A stretch of DNA of 64,000 bases from Escherichia phage KIT01. Positions 7,312 through 17,131 of this stretch are shown here, piece after piece. The DNA is taken from sequence record AP019521.1; one strand, 5' to 3'. The notes beneath the pieces were generated by a model. It did no database searches, had not been told where the DNA came from, and saw only the letters and a program-made list of their open reading frames with translations. The first letter of the stretch is position 1. Each line of letters opens with the position of its first letter. The position numbers and the translations under genes were made by a program.

Positions 7312-7584
7312 TTATTTTAAATAAATTGCATATTTTTTATAACCAGCCGTCTCGTGACGCAGTCCTTTTTCATTAGCAAAACGTTCAATATTGTTAATTT
7401 GATTCTGGTCGAGTTCTGAAGTATCAAAAACAAAAAAGTTTCGCTTATTGCCTAAAGTTACGTGATTAGTCAAATCGATGTTATAGAGATGATTTATATC
7501 ATCAATCATAGTCTTAACAGATTTGTTAATTTTTACTTCTTCATTAAGAAGAGATTCAGCGATAAATTCTTGGTATGATTTCAT
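7312..7584 (-). CDS. internal-protein-like protein with capsid targeting sequence
   Basis: 90 aa, N-terminus MKSYQEFIAE. Confidence 0.55.
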   Translation of the reverse strand: MKSYQEFIAESLLNEEVKINKSVKTMIDDINHLYNIDLTNHVTLGNKRNFFVFDTSELDQNQINNIERFANEKGLRHETAGYKKYAIYLK

Positions 7585-7585
7585 T

Positions 7586-7810
7586 TTATTCAGCGCCAGC
7601 GGCTTTCAAAAGTTTTTTAAGGTTGGCTATGCCGCCAGCAGAAAACGTGACCTTGCCACCTTTTTCATTGATAGAGCCAGTCAATTTAGCAAGCTTATCA
7701 CTAGGGACTTTTTTAAAATCAGCCAGTGTGCCATCAAAGGTTTTTGTAACAATTGGCAGTTCATCTTCATGTCTTTTAGCTTCGGTGATAAATTCTTGAT
7801 AAGTTTTCAT
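7586..7810 (-). CDS. internal-protein-like protein with capsid targeting sequence (IPI-position)
   Basis: ORF 7586..7822 trimmed to ATG at 7810 behind ggagaataaa; N-terminus MKTYQEFITE; lies next to 57B as ipI is recalled to in T4. Confidence 0.55.
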   Translation of the reverse strand: MKTYQEFITEAKRHEDELPIVTKTFDGTLADFKKVPSDKLAKLTGSINEKGGKVTFSAGGIANLKKLLKAAGAE

Positions 7811-7847
7811 TTTATTCTCCATTTCACTCTGTTGTTTTGATAGGTCT

Positions 7848-7876
7848 ATAGTATCATGCCTATAGACCTTGTAAAC
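7848..7876 (-). promoter_or_regulatory. sigma70 early-type promoter (cassette copy)
   Basis: GTTTACA ... TACTATAGACCTATCAAAAC upstream of IP-like gene 7586..7810. Confidence 0.5.
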
Positions 7877-7888
7877 ACCTTTTTTAAA

Positions 7889-8581
<693 letters not shown>

Positions 8582-8589
<8 letters not shown>

Positions 8590-9343
8590 TTTTATTTCCT
8601 AATAATTTATCAATAGTGGTGTATAGTTCAGAAAGAGTGCCGTTATTTTCAACAACAACGTCACCAGGTAAAATTGGTAGACCCGCTTCAGTGATGTGCG
8701 AGTCTTGTACTTGACCGGTTTCAGCGCGAACTACATGAATAATCGTAGCACCCATCGCTCTGAGCGAATCAATTTCGTGTGTTTGACGAACATCAGGTAC
8801 GACATAGTATTTCGCATCAGAGTATATTTTATCAAAATAGTCTAAAGCGAACAACTTAACCCAATACATCTTATCAAATTGGTTAACAATAATATCAGTC
8901 CCAAGGGTCTGCATGAGACGACGTACTGACCAATTGTTATTTTTATTTATTACTTCAAACAGTTGGTCTTTTGTTTCTTCAGACAGATACTGAACTGGGG
9001 TAAGACCATAATGATATGCGGTACGAACGTCCATTCCTGGAATAGGAAGGATATTATTCAGTTTGACAATAGCATTTTCAAAGATATCAATCACATCATA
9101 TGGTTTTAAAGGAAGGATTTCTTCACGGTCGTAACCTATACCTTCAAAACAGTTGAAATCCAGTTTAGGCATATAACTACGGTCGAATACAGGGTCATCA
9201 GAGATGTATTCATAGGCTTCAGCCAGATACTTTTTAATAGGACCTGCGAGCTGAAATTTTACCGAATCCATATTTTCGATTACATAGTTAGCAACGGTAT
9301 CCTTACCGCTACGTTTGATTCCTACAATTGATATTAGTTTCAT
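8582..9343 (-). CDS. 1: gp1 deoxynucleoside monophosphate kinase
   Basis: 253 aa; P-loop-like GIKRSGKDT; T4 gene order 57A-1-3-2-4. Confidence 0.8.
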
Positions 9344-9933
9344 TATTTTCTCATAGATGGATGCATAGACATACGAGCCACACGTTGTTCGGCATACGAA
9401 TCAATTTGTGGACGACCTGTAACTATTGTACCATCTATTTCTACAGCAAACGATTTGAAGTTGAATGTCGCTGTAGCGATAATCGCCGGGTCAGAATCCT
9501 CTTTATAAGAGTACTGGATTTCCGAGAGGTCGGATGGCCAACCACCGTAGTAATGAATGCTCATTACTATTTTCTGTTTGTTGTTATCAAGGATGTGGAG
9601 GGTGATAGCTTCCGGCTGTCCTTTAGGATGCCAGGCTTCTGAATCATGGGTTACGTAGTTGTTTAATGACAACATCCACTTATAAACGTCAAGCCACGAC
9701 TTCAATTCACGGTCTACAAGAAAGTTCACAATCAATGGGTCGAATTCTACCGTAGAACCTGGCAGCTTAGCACGATGTATGCCCTGGGTCGATCCTGGGA
9801 CGTCTGAGACCGGAATATGGATACCCGGTAGTGTTACATCTTGTACGTTCAATTTGAATGCCTGCGTCATTCCTGCGTCACTAACCTCTAAGATAAAGTT
9901 AGTAGTGTTAGTTTGGTTAAATAAACCGTTCAT
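9343..9933 (-). CDS. 3: gp3 tail completion / sheath stabiliser
   Basis: ORF 9343..10095 trimmed to ATG at 9933 behind agga RBS (196 aa; T4 gp3 176); synteny. Confidence 0.7.
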   Translation of the reverse strand: MNGLFNQTNTTNFILEVSDAGMTQAFKLNVQDVTLPGIHIPVSDVPGSTQGIHRAKLPGSTVEFDPLIVNFLVDRELKSWLDVYKWMLSLNNYVTHDSEAWHPKGQPEAITLHILDNNKQKIVMSIHYYGGWPSDLSEIQYSYKEDSDPAIIATATFNFKSFAVEIDGTIVTGRPQIDSYAEQRVARMSMHPSMRK

Positions 9934-10015
9934 AGGGTTCCTATATTGCTTAAGTCCCAGCCAGTGTATAATGGTCCTAGGTCTGTTCCATTCAATAACT
10001 GGCCGGGATAATAGA

Positions 10016-10852
10016 TTATGAATTCTTCCATACTTTCTGAGCTGAGTAACGCTTACCTTTAGACATGAACTGTTGGAGCGGCAGCATGACCACATTAGCC
10101 CAATCAGATGGTTTTATCTCTACTAAAGGTCCCTTAATATTTCCAGGGATATAAGCCTTAATCATCACGTCGGCTCCGGCGAATCCTTTTACCTTACTCC
10201 AATCGATTTTTAATTTAGTCGAGTTCGTAATGGTAGGCGTACTCGCATATTGCTTCAGCAATTCTTCCAGAAATTGTTGTCGTGCTTTAGGTGGGATATA
10301 GTGTAAGTTCAGCCCGTACATTAAATTATGCTTACCTAACCCAAGATAAATGATTAAAGGATATTTGTCCCAGTACGGTAGGGTATCCTTATGTTTGGCA
10401 TCATAGATATAAGCATAAAGCTTACCAGGAGATGGTTTAGATACCTGGTGTCCACGAATTCCTTTCTTTAATGTTTCTGTAAACCATTTAGCTGATTTAT
10501 TGTTTACAGCAGCGCCTTCGTTAGCAATCTTATCACGAATACTCTTTCTAAAACTATTCACCAAAATTAATTGTCGTTCGGCTTTGGTTAATTTATTGCC
10601 AGGTTTATTCTGAAGTTTTTCAACCTGTACAGCAGTTTTAATTCGACTCGAGTATCGAGACATTGCAGATGTAAAGCTAGAATACTTGATGCCTTTATCT
10701 TCAGCGAATTTCTTAGCCGAGACACCTTTAGCCTTGGCATTGGCATATTCAACGCCTAAAGCTATCCATTGTTGTTCTGAACGAGTAGGCTTAGAACCTT
10801 TTGTAGTTTCAGTAGCCTCGTTTATGTAAGAAAATATACTCATCCTTTCCAT
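10016..10852 (-). CDS. 2: gp2 DNA end protector
   Basis: 278 aa (T4 gp2 274); synteny. Confidence 0.75.
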   Translation of the reverse strand: MERMSIFSYINEATETTKGSKPTRSEQQWIALGVEYANAKAKGVSAKKFAEDKGIKYSSFTSAMSRYSSRIKTAVQVEKLQNKPGNKLTKAERQLILVNSFRKSIRDKIANEGAAVNNKSAKWFTETLKKGIRGHQVSKPSPGKLYAYIYDAKHKDTLPYWDKYPLIIYLGLGKHNLMYGLNLHYIPPKARQQFLEELLKQYASTPTITNSTKLKIDWSKVKGFAGADVMIKAYIPGNIKGPLVEIKPSDWANVVMLPLQQFMSKGKRYSAQKVWKNS

Positions 10853-11289
10853 CCTAATTTTTTCAGTGAGTTTTCGGTAATCAATCTGAAATTAATTCCC
10901 ATTTTATCTGCTGTAGCTTTAGCAGCTTTCCATTTATCTTTATTTACACTCCATGTATAATGTTCGTTGATATATCTCTTTTTAGCAGCTGTAGTCATTT
11001 TAGCAGGTGCCGCTGGAGGATGGGTTTCTTTAAAAGGTTTGACTTCGAAAAAGAATTGTTGACCATTATCGAACTTCACCCAGAAGTCCATAAAATACCG
11101 ACGTTTCTTTCCATCAGCGTTACTAAAATATGGAATCACAACCTCTTCCGAGTTCCACTGGACGACATTAGGGTGGTTGTCAAGCCAACGCATAAGCCAT
11201 GCTTCCCAAGAGGAACGATATTGGATTTTCTTCCAGTCACCTTTATATTTTTGTAAGTTTGTAGGTTTAAATTTCCCTGAGTAGGCCAT
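10840..11289 (-). CDS. 4: gp4 head completion protein
   Basis: 149 aa (T4 gp4 150); synteny; minus-strand late promoter upstream. Confidence 0.8.
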   Translation of the reverse strand: MAYSGKFKPTNLQKYKGDWKKIQYRSSWEAWLMRWLDNHPNVVQWNSEEVVIPYFSNADGKKRRYFMDFWVKFDNGQQFFFEVKPFKETHPPAAPAKMTTAAKKRYINEHYTWSVNKDKWKAAKATADKMGINFRLITENSLKKLGWKG

Positions 11290-11299
11290 AGTGCCTCCT

Positions 11300-11322
11300 T
11301 ATAAATATTAATATTATTTATA
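11300..11322. promoter_or_regulatory. divergent late promoters (TATAAATA on plus 11300-11307 for gp53; on minus 11315-11322 for gp4)
   Basis: two exact TATAAATA octamers in the 45-nt divergent intergenic region. Confidence 0.65.
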
Positions 11323-11334
11323 CTCGGAGGCCCT

Positions 11335-11937
11335 ATGCTCTTCTCATTTTTCGATCCTATCGAATACGAATCAAAAACAGTCAAGCCGGATTCGGGCTCA
11401 TTAACCAATACCGATGTACTGAGCGTGCCGATGACTGATATATTTAGAAATTATAAAGAATATTTTGATAAAGTGGCTAAAAATTATACACTAAAGACTT
11501 ATTACATCAACGGGGCCCCTCGTCCAGAAGAATTGGCCAATCAACTTTATGGCAACGTCCAATTATATTGGGTTTTATTGATGTGTAATAATATATACGA
11601 CCCTTATTACGGGTGGATTACAGGTCAAGAAGTTGCATATCAAGCTGCAATCCAAAGATATTCTACCGCAGGCGGTAATCAAGTTCTTTATCATGTTAAT
11701 GAAAAGGGTGAGAAATTCTGGAATCTAGTAAATACTCCGGAAAATCCTTATACTTGGTATGATAAGGGCGATACCGAAAAACGTTATCCTCAATATGAAG
11801 GTCCTTTGGCTGCAGTAGATATTTACGAGGACGCCATTCGTAAAAATGAATATAAGCGCGAAATAAAGATTATAGACCCTAATGACATCGAGTCCTTTGT
11901 TTCGGCATTAATCCGTGAAATGGAAAAGGCACTCTAA
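11335..11937 (+). CDS. 53: gp53 baseplate wedge protein
   Basis: 200 aa (T4 196); late promoter at 11300-11307; precedes gp5. Confidence 0.8.
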   Translation: MLFSFFDPIEYESKTVKPDSGSLTNTDVLSVPMTDIFRNYKEYFDKVAKNYTLKTYYINGAPRPEELANQLYGNVQLYWVLLMCNNIYDPYYGWITGQEVAYQAAIQRYSTAGGNQVLYHVNEKGEKFWNLVNTPENPYTWYDKGDTEKRYPQYEGPLAAVDIYEDAIRKNEYKREIKIIDPNDIESFVSALIREMEKAL

Positions 11938-12572
11938 TGTTTTATTATGTATATAAAATAACCAATAATATTAACGGCAAATTTTATATCGGGGCGCATA
12001 GTACATCAAATATGGATGATGGATATATGGGCTCAGGTAAATTAATTAAACGTGCCATACTAAAATATGGCATTGAAAATTTCAAAAAAGAAATATTAAA
12101 ATTTGTTGATTCCAAACAAGAAATGTATGAACTTGAAAAGGAACTTGTTGTTCTTAATGAAAACTCATACAATTTAAAACCAGGCGGCTCCGGTGGATTT
12201 TTAAAACATGATAACTTTAAAGGTCGAAAACATAGCCAGAAAACTAAAGATATTATGAGTGCAAATAACTCAGGTAAAAATAATCCCATGTATGGAAAAA
12301 AGCGAGACCAGCATGGAGTAAATGCACCAAATTATGGCAAAAAATGTTCAGAAGAGAAAAAGAAGATTCTTTCTGATAAGCTTAAAAAGCATTTTGAAAA
12401 TGAGCAGACAATAACTAAGAACATGGGGTTTATACCAACGTCGGTTGAAACCCGTTATGTGTCTCGACATATTAAAAAGTTAGGATTTGATTTTTACCAA
12501 TTCAATCGAAATATATGTGAGCATAATATTTCCATAGTTAAAAATATTTTAAAACAGAGGAAAGCGCTATGA
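11937..12572 (+). CDS. GIY-YIG homing endonuclease (Seg-like) with NUMOD3-type repeats
   Basis: YVYKITNNINGKFYIGAHS GIY-YIG motif, Y-x-GSG, repeated NPMYGKK/APNYGKK; inserted between 53 and 5, overlaps both by 1-4 nt. Confidence 0.8.
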   Translation: MFYYVYKITNNINGKFYIGAHSTSNMDDGYMGSGKLIKRAILKYGIENFKKEILKFVDSKQEMYELEKELVVLNENSYNLKPGGSGGFLKHDNFKGRKHSQKTKDIMSANNSGKNNPMYGKKRDQHGVNAPNYGKKCSEEKKKILSDKLKKHFENEQTITKNMGFIPTSVETRYVSRHIKKLGFDFYQFNRNICEHNISIVKNILKQRKAL

Positions 12573-14311
12573 TTAACATGTCTGATAATGTCAGTTGGTT
12601 CGTCGGCGTAGTTGAAGACCGTATGGACCCACTCAAACAAGGCCGAGTACGCGTGCGAGTATGGGGTATGCATCCATATGAAAAAGTGCAAGGTCCAGTA
12701 AAAGGCCTTCGTACAGAAGATTTACCATGGATGTCCGTATTAATGCCTACATCTTCTGCCTCTGTTTCAGGTATTCAAACCGCTATGACTGGTATGGTTC
12801 CTGGTACTCAGGTTTATGGGCACTTTCTTGATAAGTGGAAATTAAACGGACTTGTCCTTGGTACATACGGTTCCGCTTCAAGACAGAAGGCTAATCCTAA
12901 TGAAGGTTTTAGCGACCCGACAGGTCAATATCCGCTTTATTTAGGTAATGATGCTGCAGCACTAAACCGAGGCGGTGAAGTTGGATATGACGCCACTTCT
13001 AACGTAATACAAGATGCAAACACCGATGTAGGTATTAATCCTGACGGGTTAGATTTAAGTCAAGTCAAGCCTGACGATAATCCTAATTTCACAATAGAAA
13101 ACATGCTTCACCGTGATGAAGGGCTTAGACTGAAGGTATATTGGGACACCGAAGGTTATCCTACTATAGGTATAGGCCACCTTATTACGCCACAACCTAT
13201 TAGAGATATGAATCGAATAAACAAAATATTATCTAATCAGGTAGGACGAGAAGTTAAAGGTAACCCAGGTGCAATATCAATGGACGAGGCTTCTAAATTA
13301 TTCCAAGAAGACCTTAAAAAAGTCCAAAACGATATAGGTCGGCATAGTGTTGTAGGTCCTGTTTACAATAAAGAAAACCGTTCAAGACAAATGGCTCTTG
13401 AAAACATGGCTTTCCAAATGGGATTAGGTGGCTTGGCTAAATTCCGTGGAATGCTTAGTGCAATGTTAATAGGCGATTATAAAAAGGCATTTGAGGAAGC
13501 TCGTAATTCAGTATGGTTTAACCAAACTAAAGGCCGTGCATCAAGGGTATCAATGATTATCCTCACAGGTAACATGGAATCATATGGTATTATGGCCCCT
13601 AAAGAAAGGTCATTTAAAGGGCGTTCGTATAGAATGATTCAAACCTTTGCCGCACCTGCAAATTCAGACCCTGCCGATCCGTGGACCCCAGAAGATACAA
13701 GGATTTTGTTTAAAGAACCTGATTCTAGTTATAAAGGTGAATACCCATATGTCCAGACCATGCAAACTGAAGGTGGACACGTCCAAGAATTTGATAACAC
13801 CCCAGGGCAAGAACGTTATCGTTTAATCCATCCTACAGGTAGTTATGAAGAAGTTGCTCCTGATGGTCGCAAAACTTCTAAGACGGTAGCCGATGGGTAT
13901 TATATGACCCAAGGCGATTCTAATACTTATGTTGGTGGTAATAATAAAGTCAACATAGGTGGCGATGAAACCTATTATAATATGGCAAACGTCCGCCGTC
14001 AAACTGACGGGTCTGAAAGCATCCATATTCGTGGTAATGAAACCAAAACAGTAGAAGGTGATGGGACCCTTATTGTTAAAGGAAACGTCACAGTTCTTGT
14101 TGAGGGTAATGCTGATATAACTGTTAAAGGCGATGCCAAAACATTAGTTGAAGGCAACCATGACTATACAGTAAATGGAAACGTTAAATGGTCTGTAAAT
14201 GGAAACGTTGATATGACTGTTGCAGGTAATTGGTCTGAAACTATGTCGACTATGAGTTCAATTGCATCCGGTCAATATACTATTGATGGTTCGAGGATTG
14301 ACATTGGCTAA
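12569..14311 (+). CDS. 5: gp5 baseplate hub / cell-puncturing spike with lysozyme domain
   Basis: 580 aa (T4 575); FVGVVED..GRVRVRV OB-fold N-terminus, T4-lysozyme-like YWDTEGYPTIGIGH, C-terminal VxGxxxxxV beta-helix repeats. Confidence 0.95.
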   Translation: MINMSDNVSWFVGVVEDRMDPLKQGRVRVRVWGMHPYEKVQGPVKGLRTEDLPWMSVLMPTSSASVSGIQTAMTGMVPGTQVYGHFLDKWKLNGLVLGTYGSASRQKANPNEGFSDPTGQYPLYLGNDAAALNRGGEVGYDATSNVIQDANTDVGINPDGLDLSQVKPDDNPNFTIENMLHRDEGLRLKVYWDTEGYPTIGIGHLITPQPIRDMNRINKILSNQVGREVKGNPGAISMDEASKLFQEDLKKVQNDIGRHSVVGPVYNKENRSRQMALENMAFQMGLGGLAKFRGMLSAMLIGDYKKAFEEARNSVWFNQTKGRASRVSMIILTGNMESYGIMAPKERSFKGRSYRMIQTFAAPANSDPADPWTPEDTRILFKEPDSSYKGEYPYVQTMQTEGGHVQEFDNTPGQERYRLIHPTGSYEEVAPDGRKTSKTVADGYYMTQGDSNTYVGGNNKVNIGGDETYYNMANVRRQTDGSESIHIRGNETKTVEGDGTLIVKGNVTVLVEGNADITVKGDAKTLVEGNHDYTVNGNVKWSVNGNVDMTVAGNWSETMSTMSSIASGQYTIDGSRIDIG

Positions 14312-14345
14312 TATTTTACCTATGAGCACAGATTTAGGAGACTCC

Positions 14346-14843
14346 ATGGAAGGGGCCTCAATCGATGTTACGTTTACTGCTCAATTAGAAACAAACGAAA
14401 CATTAGTTGAAATAAATATAACAGAATATGAGCCTACAGAAGGCATTATTGTCGATGGAGCTCATTTATATGGAACCTACGAATCGGTATTTGGATTCTC
14501 TGAAGATGCCTTGAAATATCGATTAAACGATGAATTTAAAACAGCCGGTTCATGGAAAGACCTACCGGCCGACAGTAACACTCAATTATACCTCTGGAAA
14601 GCTCCTAGTAATCTTCAGAAGACGTTTTCTTACACAGTCACATTAACCTATGACTTTCAAGAAGAGTCATCAGGAGGTGATACAGGGAACTCAGGCGGTA
14701 GTAACTCTAGAGCTGGCGCAGAAACCGATCCACCTCCGGCTCCTGTAAGAAAAACCCTTACTAAGGTTTATACCAAGGTTATTGTCGGTAATTGGAGCAA
14801 GTGGGCTTCACAATTAAGAGAATACGTATACGCGAGGTCATAA
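14346..14843 (+). CDS. gp5.1-position hypothetical protein
   Basis: ORF 14262..14843 trimmed to ATG at 14346 behind AGGAG; lies between gp5 and gp5.4. Confidence 0.5.
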   Translation: MEGASIDVTFTAQLETNETLVEINITEYEPTEGIIVDGAHLYGTYESVFGFSEDALKYRLNDEFKTAGSWKDLPADSNTQLYLWKAPSNLQKTFSYTVTLTYDFQEESSGGDTGNSGGSNSRAGAETDPPPAPVRKTLTKVYTKVIVGNWSKWASQLREYVYARS

Positions 14844-15137
14844 ATGTCAGGCTTAAGTTATAACCAATGTGTAACGGCAGGTCATGAAGCATGGCCTCCT
14901 ACAGTAATAAACGCCACCCAAGGTAAAGTATTTACGGGTGGTATTCCTGTATTAGTAGATGGTGACCCTATTACAGAACATACAGAAATTAAAAAACCAT
15001 ATGAAACCCATGGTGGGGTAACCCAACCTAGAACATCAAAGGTATATGTTACAGGCAAAAAGGCTGTCCAGATGGCAGACCCTATTTCGTGCGGAGATAC
15101 AGTCGCACAAGCCTCATCTAAAGTATTCATAAAATAG
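14844..15137 (+). CDS. 5.4: gp5.4 PAAR-repeat spike tip protein
   Basis: 97 aa, same length as T4 gp5.4; position immediately before gp6. Confidence 0.75.
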   Translation: MSGLSYNQCVTAGHEAWPPTVINATQGKVFTGGIPVLVDGDPITEHTEIKKPYETHGGVTQPRTSKVYVTGKKAVQMADPISCGDTVAQASSKVFIK

Positions 15138-15145
15138 GAATTAAA

Positions 15146-17104
15146 ATGGCTACTCCTACGAATTACCAATTAACAAGAACCGTTAACGCTATCCCAAAAG
15201 TATTTGTGGGAGCTACGTTTGAAGAGATTAAAAAGAATATTATCGATTGGCTTTCTAGCCAGGATGAATTTAAGGATTATGATTTCGTAGGTTCGCGAAT
15301 GAATATCCTGATTGACATGTTAGCTTACAATACCCTTTATATGCAGCAGTTTGCTAATACTGCGGTATATGAATCTTTCATCGGCACTGCTAACTTGCGT
15401 TCCTCCGTCGTCCAGGCTGCACAGGATAACGGCTATTTGCCAAGTTCTAAATCAGCAGCCAAAACAAGTATCATGTTGACCTGTACTCAAGCCCTGAATG
15501 AAAAGAATATTCGTATCCCACGTGGTACTAAATTCTTGGCCTATGCCCGTGATACTTCAGCGGACCCGTATGCTTTTGTTACCACGGAAAACGTTATTGC
15601 CGTACGTGATGTCAATAACCAATATCTTCCTATTGTATCTTTAGCACAGGGCCGTATTATTCGTACCGAACTTAAGTATGACCCTAAAACCCCTATTCTT
15701 ATTCGTGACCCGGATATCGATAGACAAGAAGTTAAACTTTATGTCGATGGAGCAGAATGGACTAACTGGACTAATAAATCCATGGTTCACGCTGGTAGCA
15801 CATCTACCATTTATTATATGCGCGAAACCGTAGATGGTAATACCGAATTCTTCTTTGGTGAAGGTGTTGCTGAAAAATCAGTTGCGGGTGGTGTATTAGA
15901 AGCCAATTATATCGGTGGTTTAAAACCTGTTAAAGATGCCACTATTGTTATAGAATATCTTCGTACTGATGGCGAAGTTGCTAACGGGGCGGTGGACTTT
16001 AGTTATGCGGATTCTTTGGCATATATTACGGTTGAAAAAATTACAGAAAACTACGATGAAAACCCGGATTATGTAGGTGCTGACGGTGGTGGTGACCCAG
16101 AAGATATTGAACGTATTCGTGAACTTGCCGTAGTTAAACGTGAAGCCCAGATGCGTGCTGTAACCGGTACAGATTACGATACATTCGTTTCAGAGCGATT
16201 TGGTTCTATTGTACAAGCAGTACAAACCTTTACAGACCCAAATAAACCAGGTTATGCCTTTGTTACCATTAAACCTAAATCAGGATTATATTTAACTGCG
16301 GTTCAACGCGAAGATATCCAAAATTATCTTTCAGAATTTAACTTGGCTCCTATTACTCCTTCGGTTATTTCTCCTGACTACTTGTTCTTGAAGCATAAAA
16401 TTAAGGTTTCATATGCACTGAACAAATTACAGGAATCCGAACAATGGCTAACGGCTCAAATCCTTTCCCAAATAGACCGTTATTATATTAACGAAGTTGA
16501 AATATTCAACCACGGATTTGCCAAGTCTAAAATGTTGACTTATATTGATAATGCGGACCACAGTATCCTTGGCTCTTCGGCTACGGTAACAATGGTTCGC
16601 GAGGTATTAAACTTCTTCAAAACACCTGAAGCAGGTATTAAATACTATAATCAATACACCAACCGTTCTGTAACTTCTAGTGAATTTGAGTTCGTCCCAA
16701 CAAACGTATCGGATGTTGTTAAATCTTACAACGTGCGTATTGTTGCTACAGATAAAGACGAACGAGGCGATGGTAAAATGGTTATAGGTCCTTTCCGACC
16801 TGGCGATGTAATTGAAAACCAATACATCCAACCTTATACCGGAGATGACTTTGATAAAATGGTAGCGCCTGCAGACCAATCAGTCTACTATGTTATTGGC
16901 GAAATTGATTATTACTCAGACTTTATTTTCTGGGATATCGCCGCAATAGGCCTTACTTCCGACCGTTTTGAAGTCCAGTCTATTGAACTTTATGCAGGGC
17001 CAGACCAAGACAACATCTTTACCAAAGACGGTTCTTTAATCGTATTTGAAGATGACCTTCGTCCTCAGTACACAACTATAGAGTTGGAACCAATTACAAT
17101 ATAA
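15146..17104 (+). CDS. 6: gp6 baseplate wedge protein
   Basis: 652 aa (T4 660); synteny. Confidence 0.9.
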   Translation: MATPTNYQLTRTVNAIPKVFVGATFEEIKKNIIDWLSSQDEFKDYDFVGSRMNILIDMLAYNTLYMQQFANTAVYESFIGTANLRSSVVQAAQDNGYLPSSKSAAKTSIMLTCTQALNEKNIRIPRGTKFLAYARDTSADPYAFVTTENVIAVRDVNNQYLPIVSLAQGRIIRTELKYDPKTPILIRDPDIDRQEVKLYVDGAEWTNWTNKSMVHAGSTSTIYYMRETVDGNTEFFFGEGVAEKSVAGGVLEANYIGGLKPVKDATIVIEYLRTDGEVANGAVDFSYADSLAYITVEKITENYDENPDYVGADGGGDPEDIERIRELAVVKREAQMRAVTGTDYDTFVSERFGSIVQAVQTFTDPNKPGYAFVTIKPKSGLYLTAVQREDIQNYLSEFNLAPITPSVISPDYLFLKHKIKVSYALNKLQESEQWLTAQILSQIDRYYINEVEIFNHGFAKSKMLTYIDNADHSILGSSATVTMVREVLNFFKTPEAGIKYYNQYTNRSVTSSEFEFVPTNVSDVVKSYNVRIVATDKDERGDGKMVIGPFRPGDVIENQYIQPYTGDDFDKMVAPADQSVYYVIGEIDYYSDFIFWDIAAIGLTSDRFEVQSIELYAGPDQDNIFTKDGSLIVFEDDLRPQYTTIELEPITI

Positions 17105-17131
17105 GCCTCTTCGGAGGTTTAAGGAGATTTA

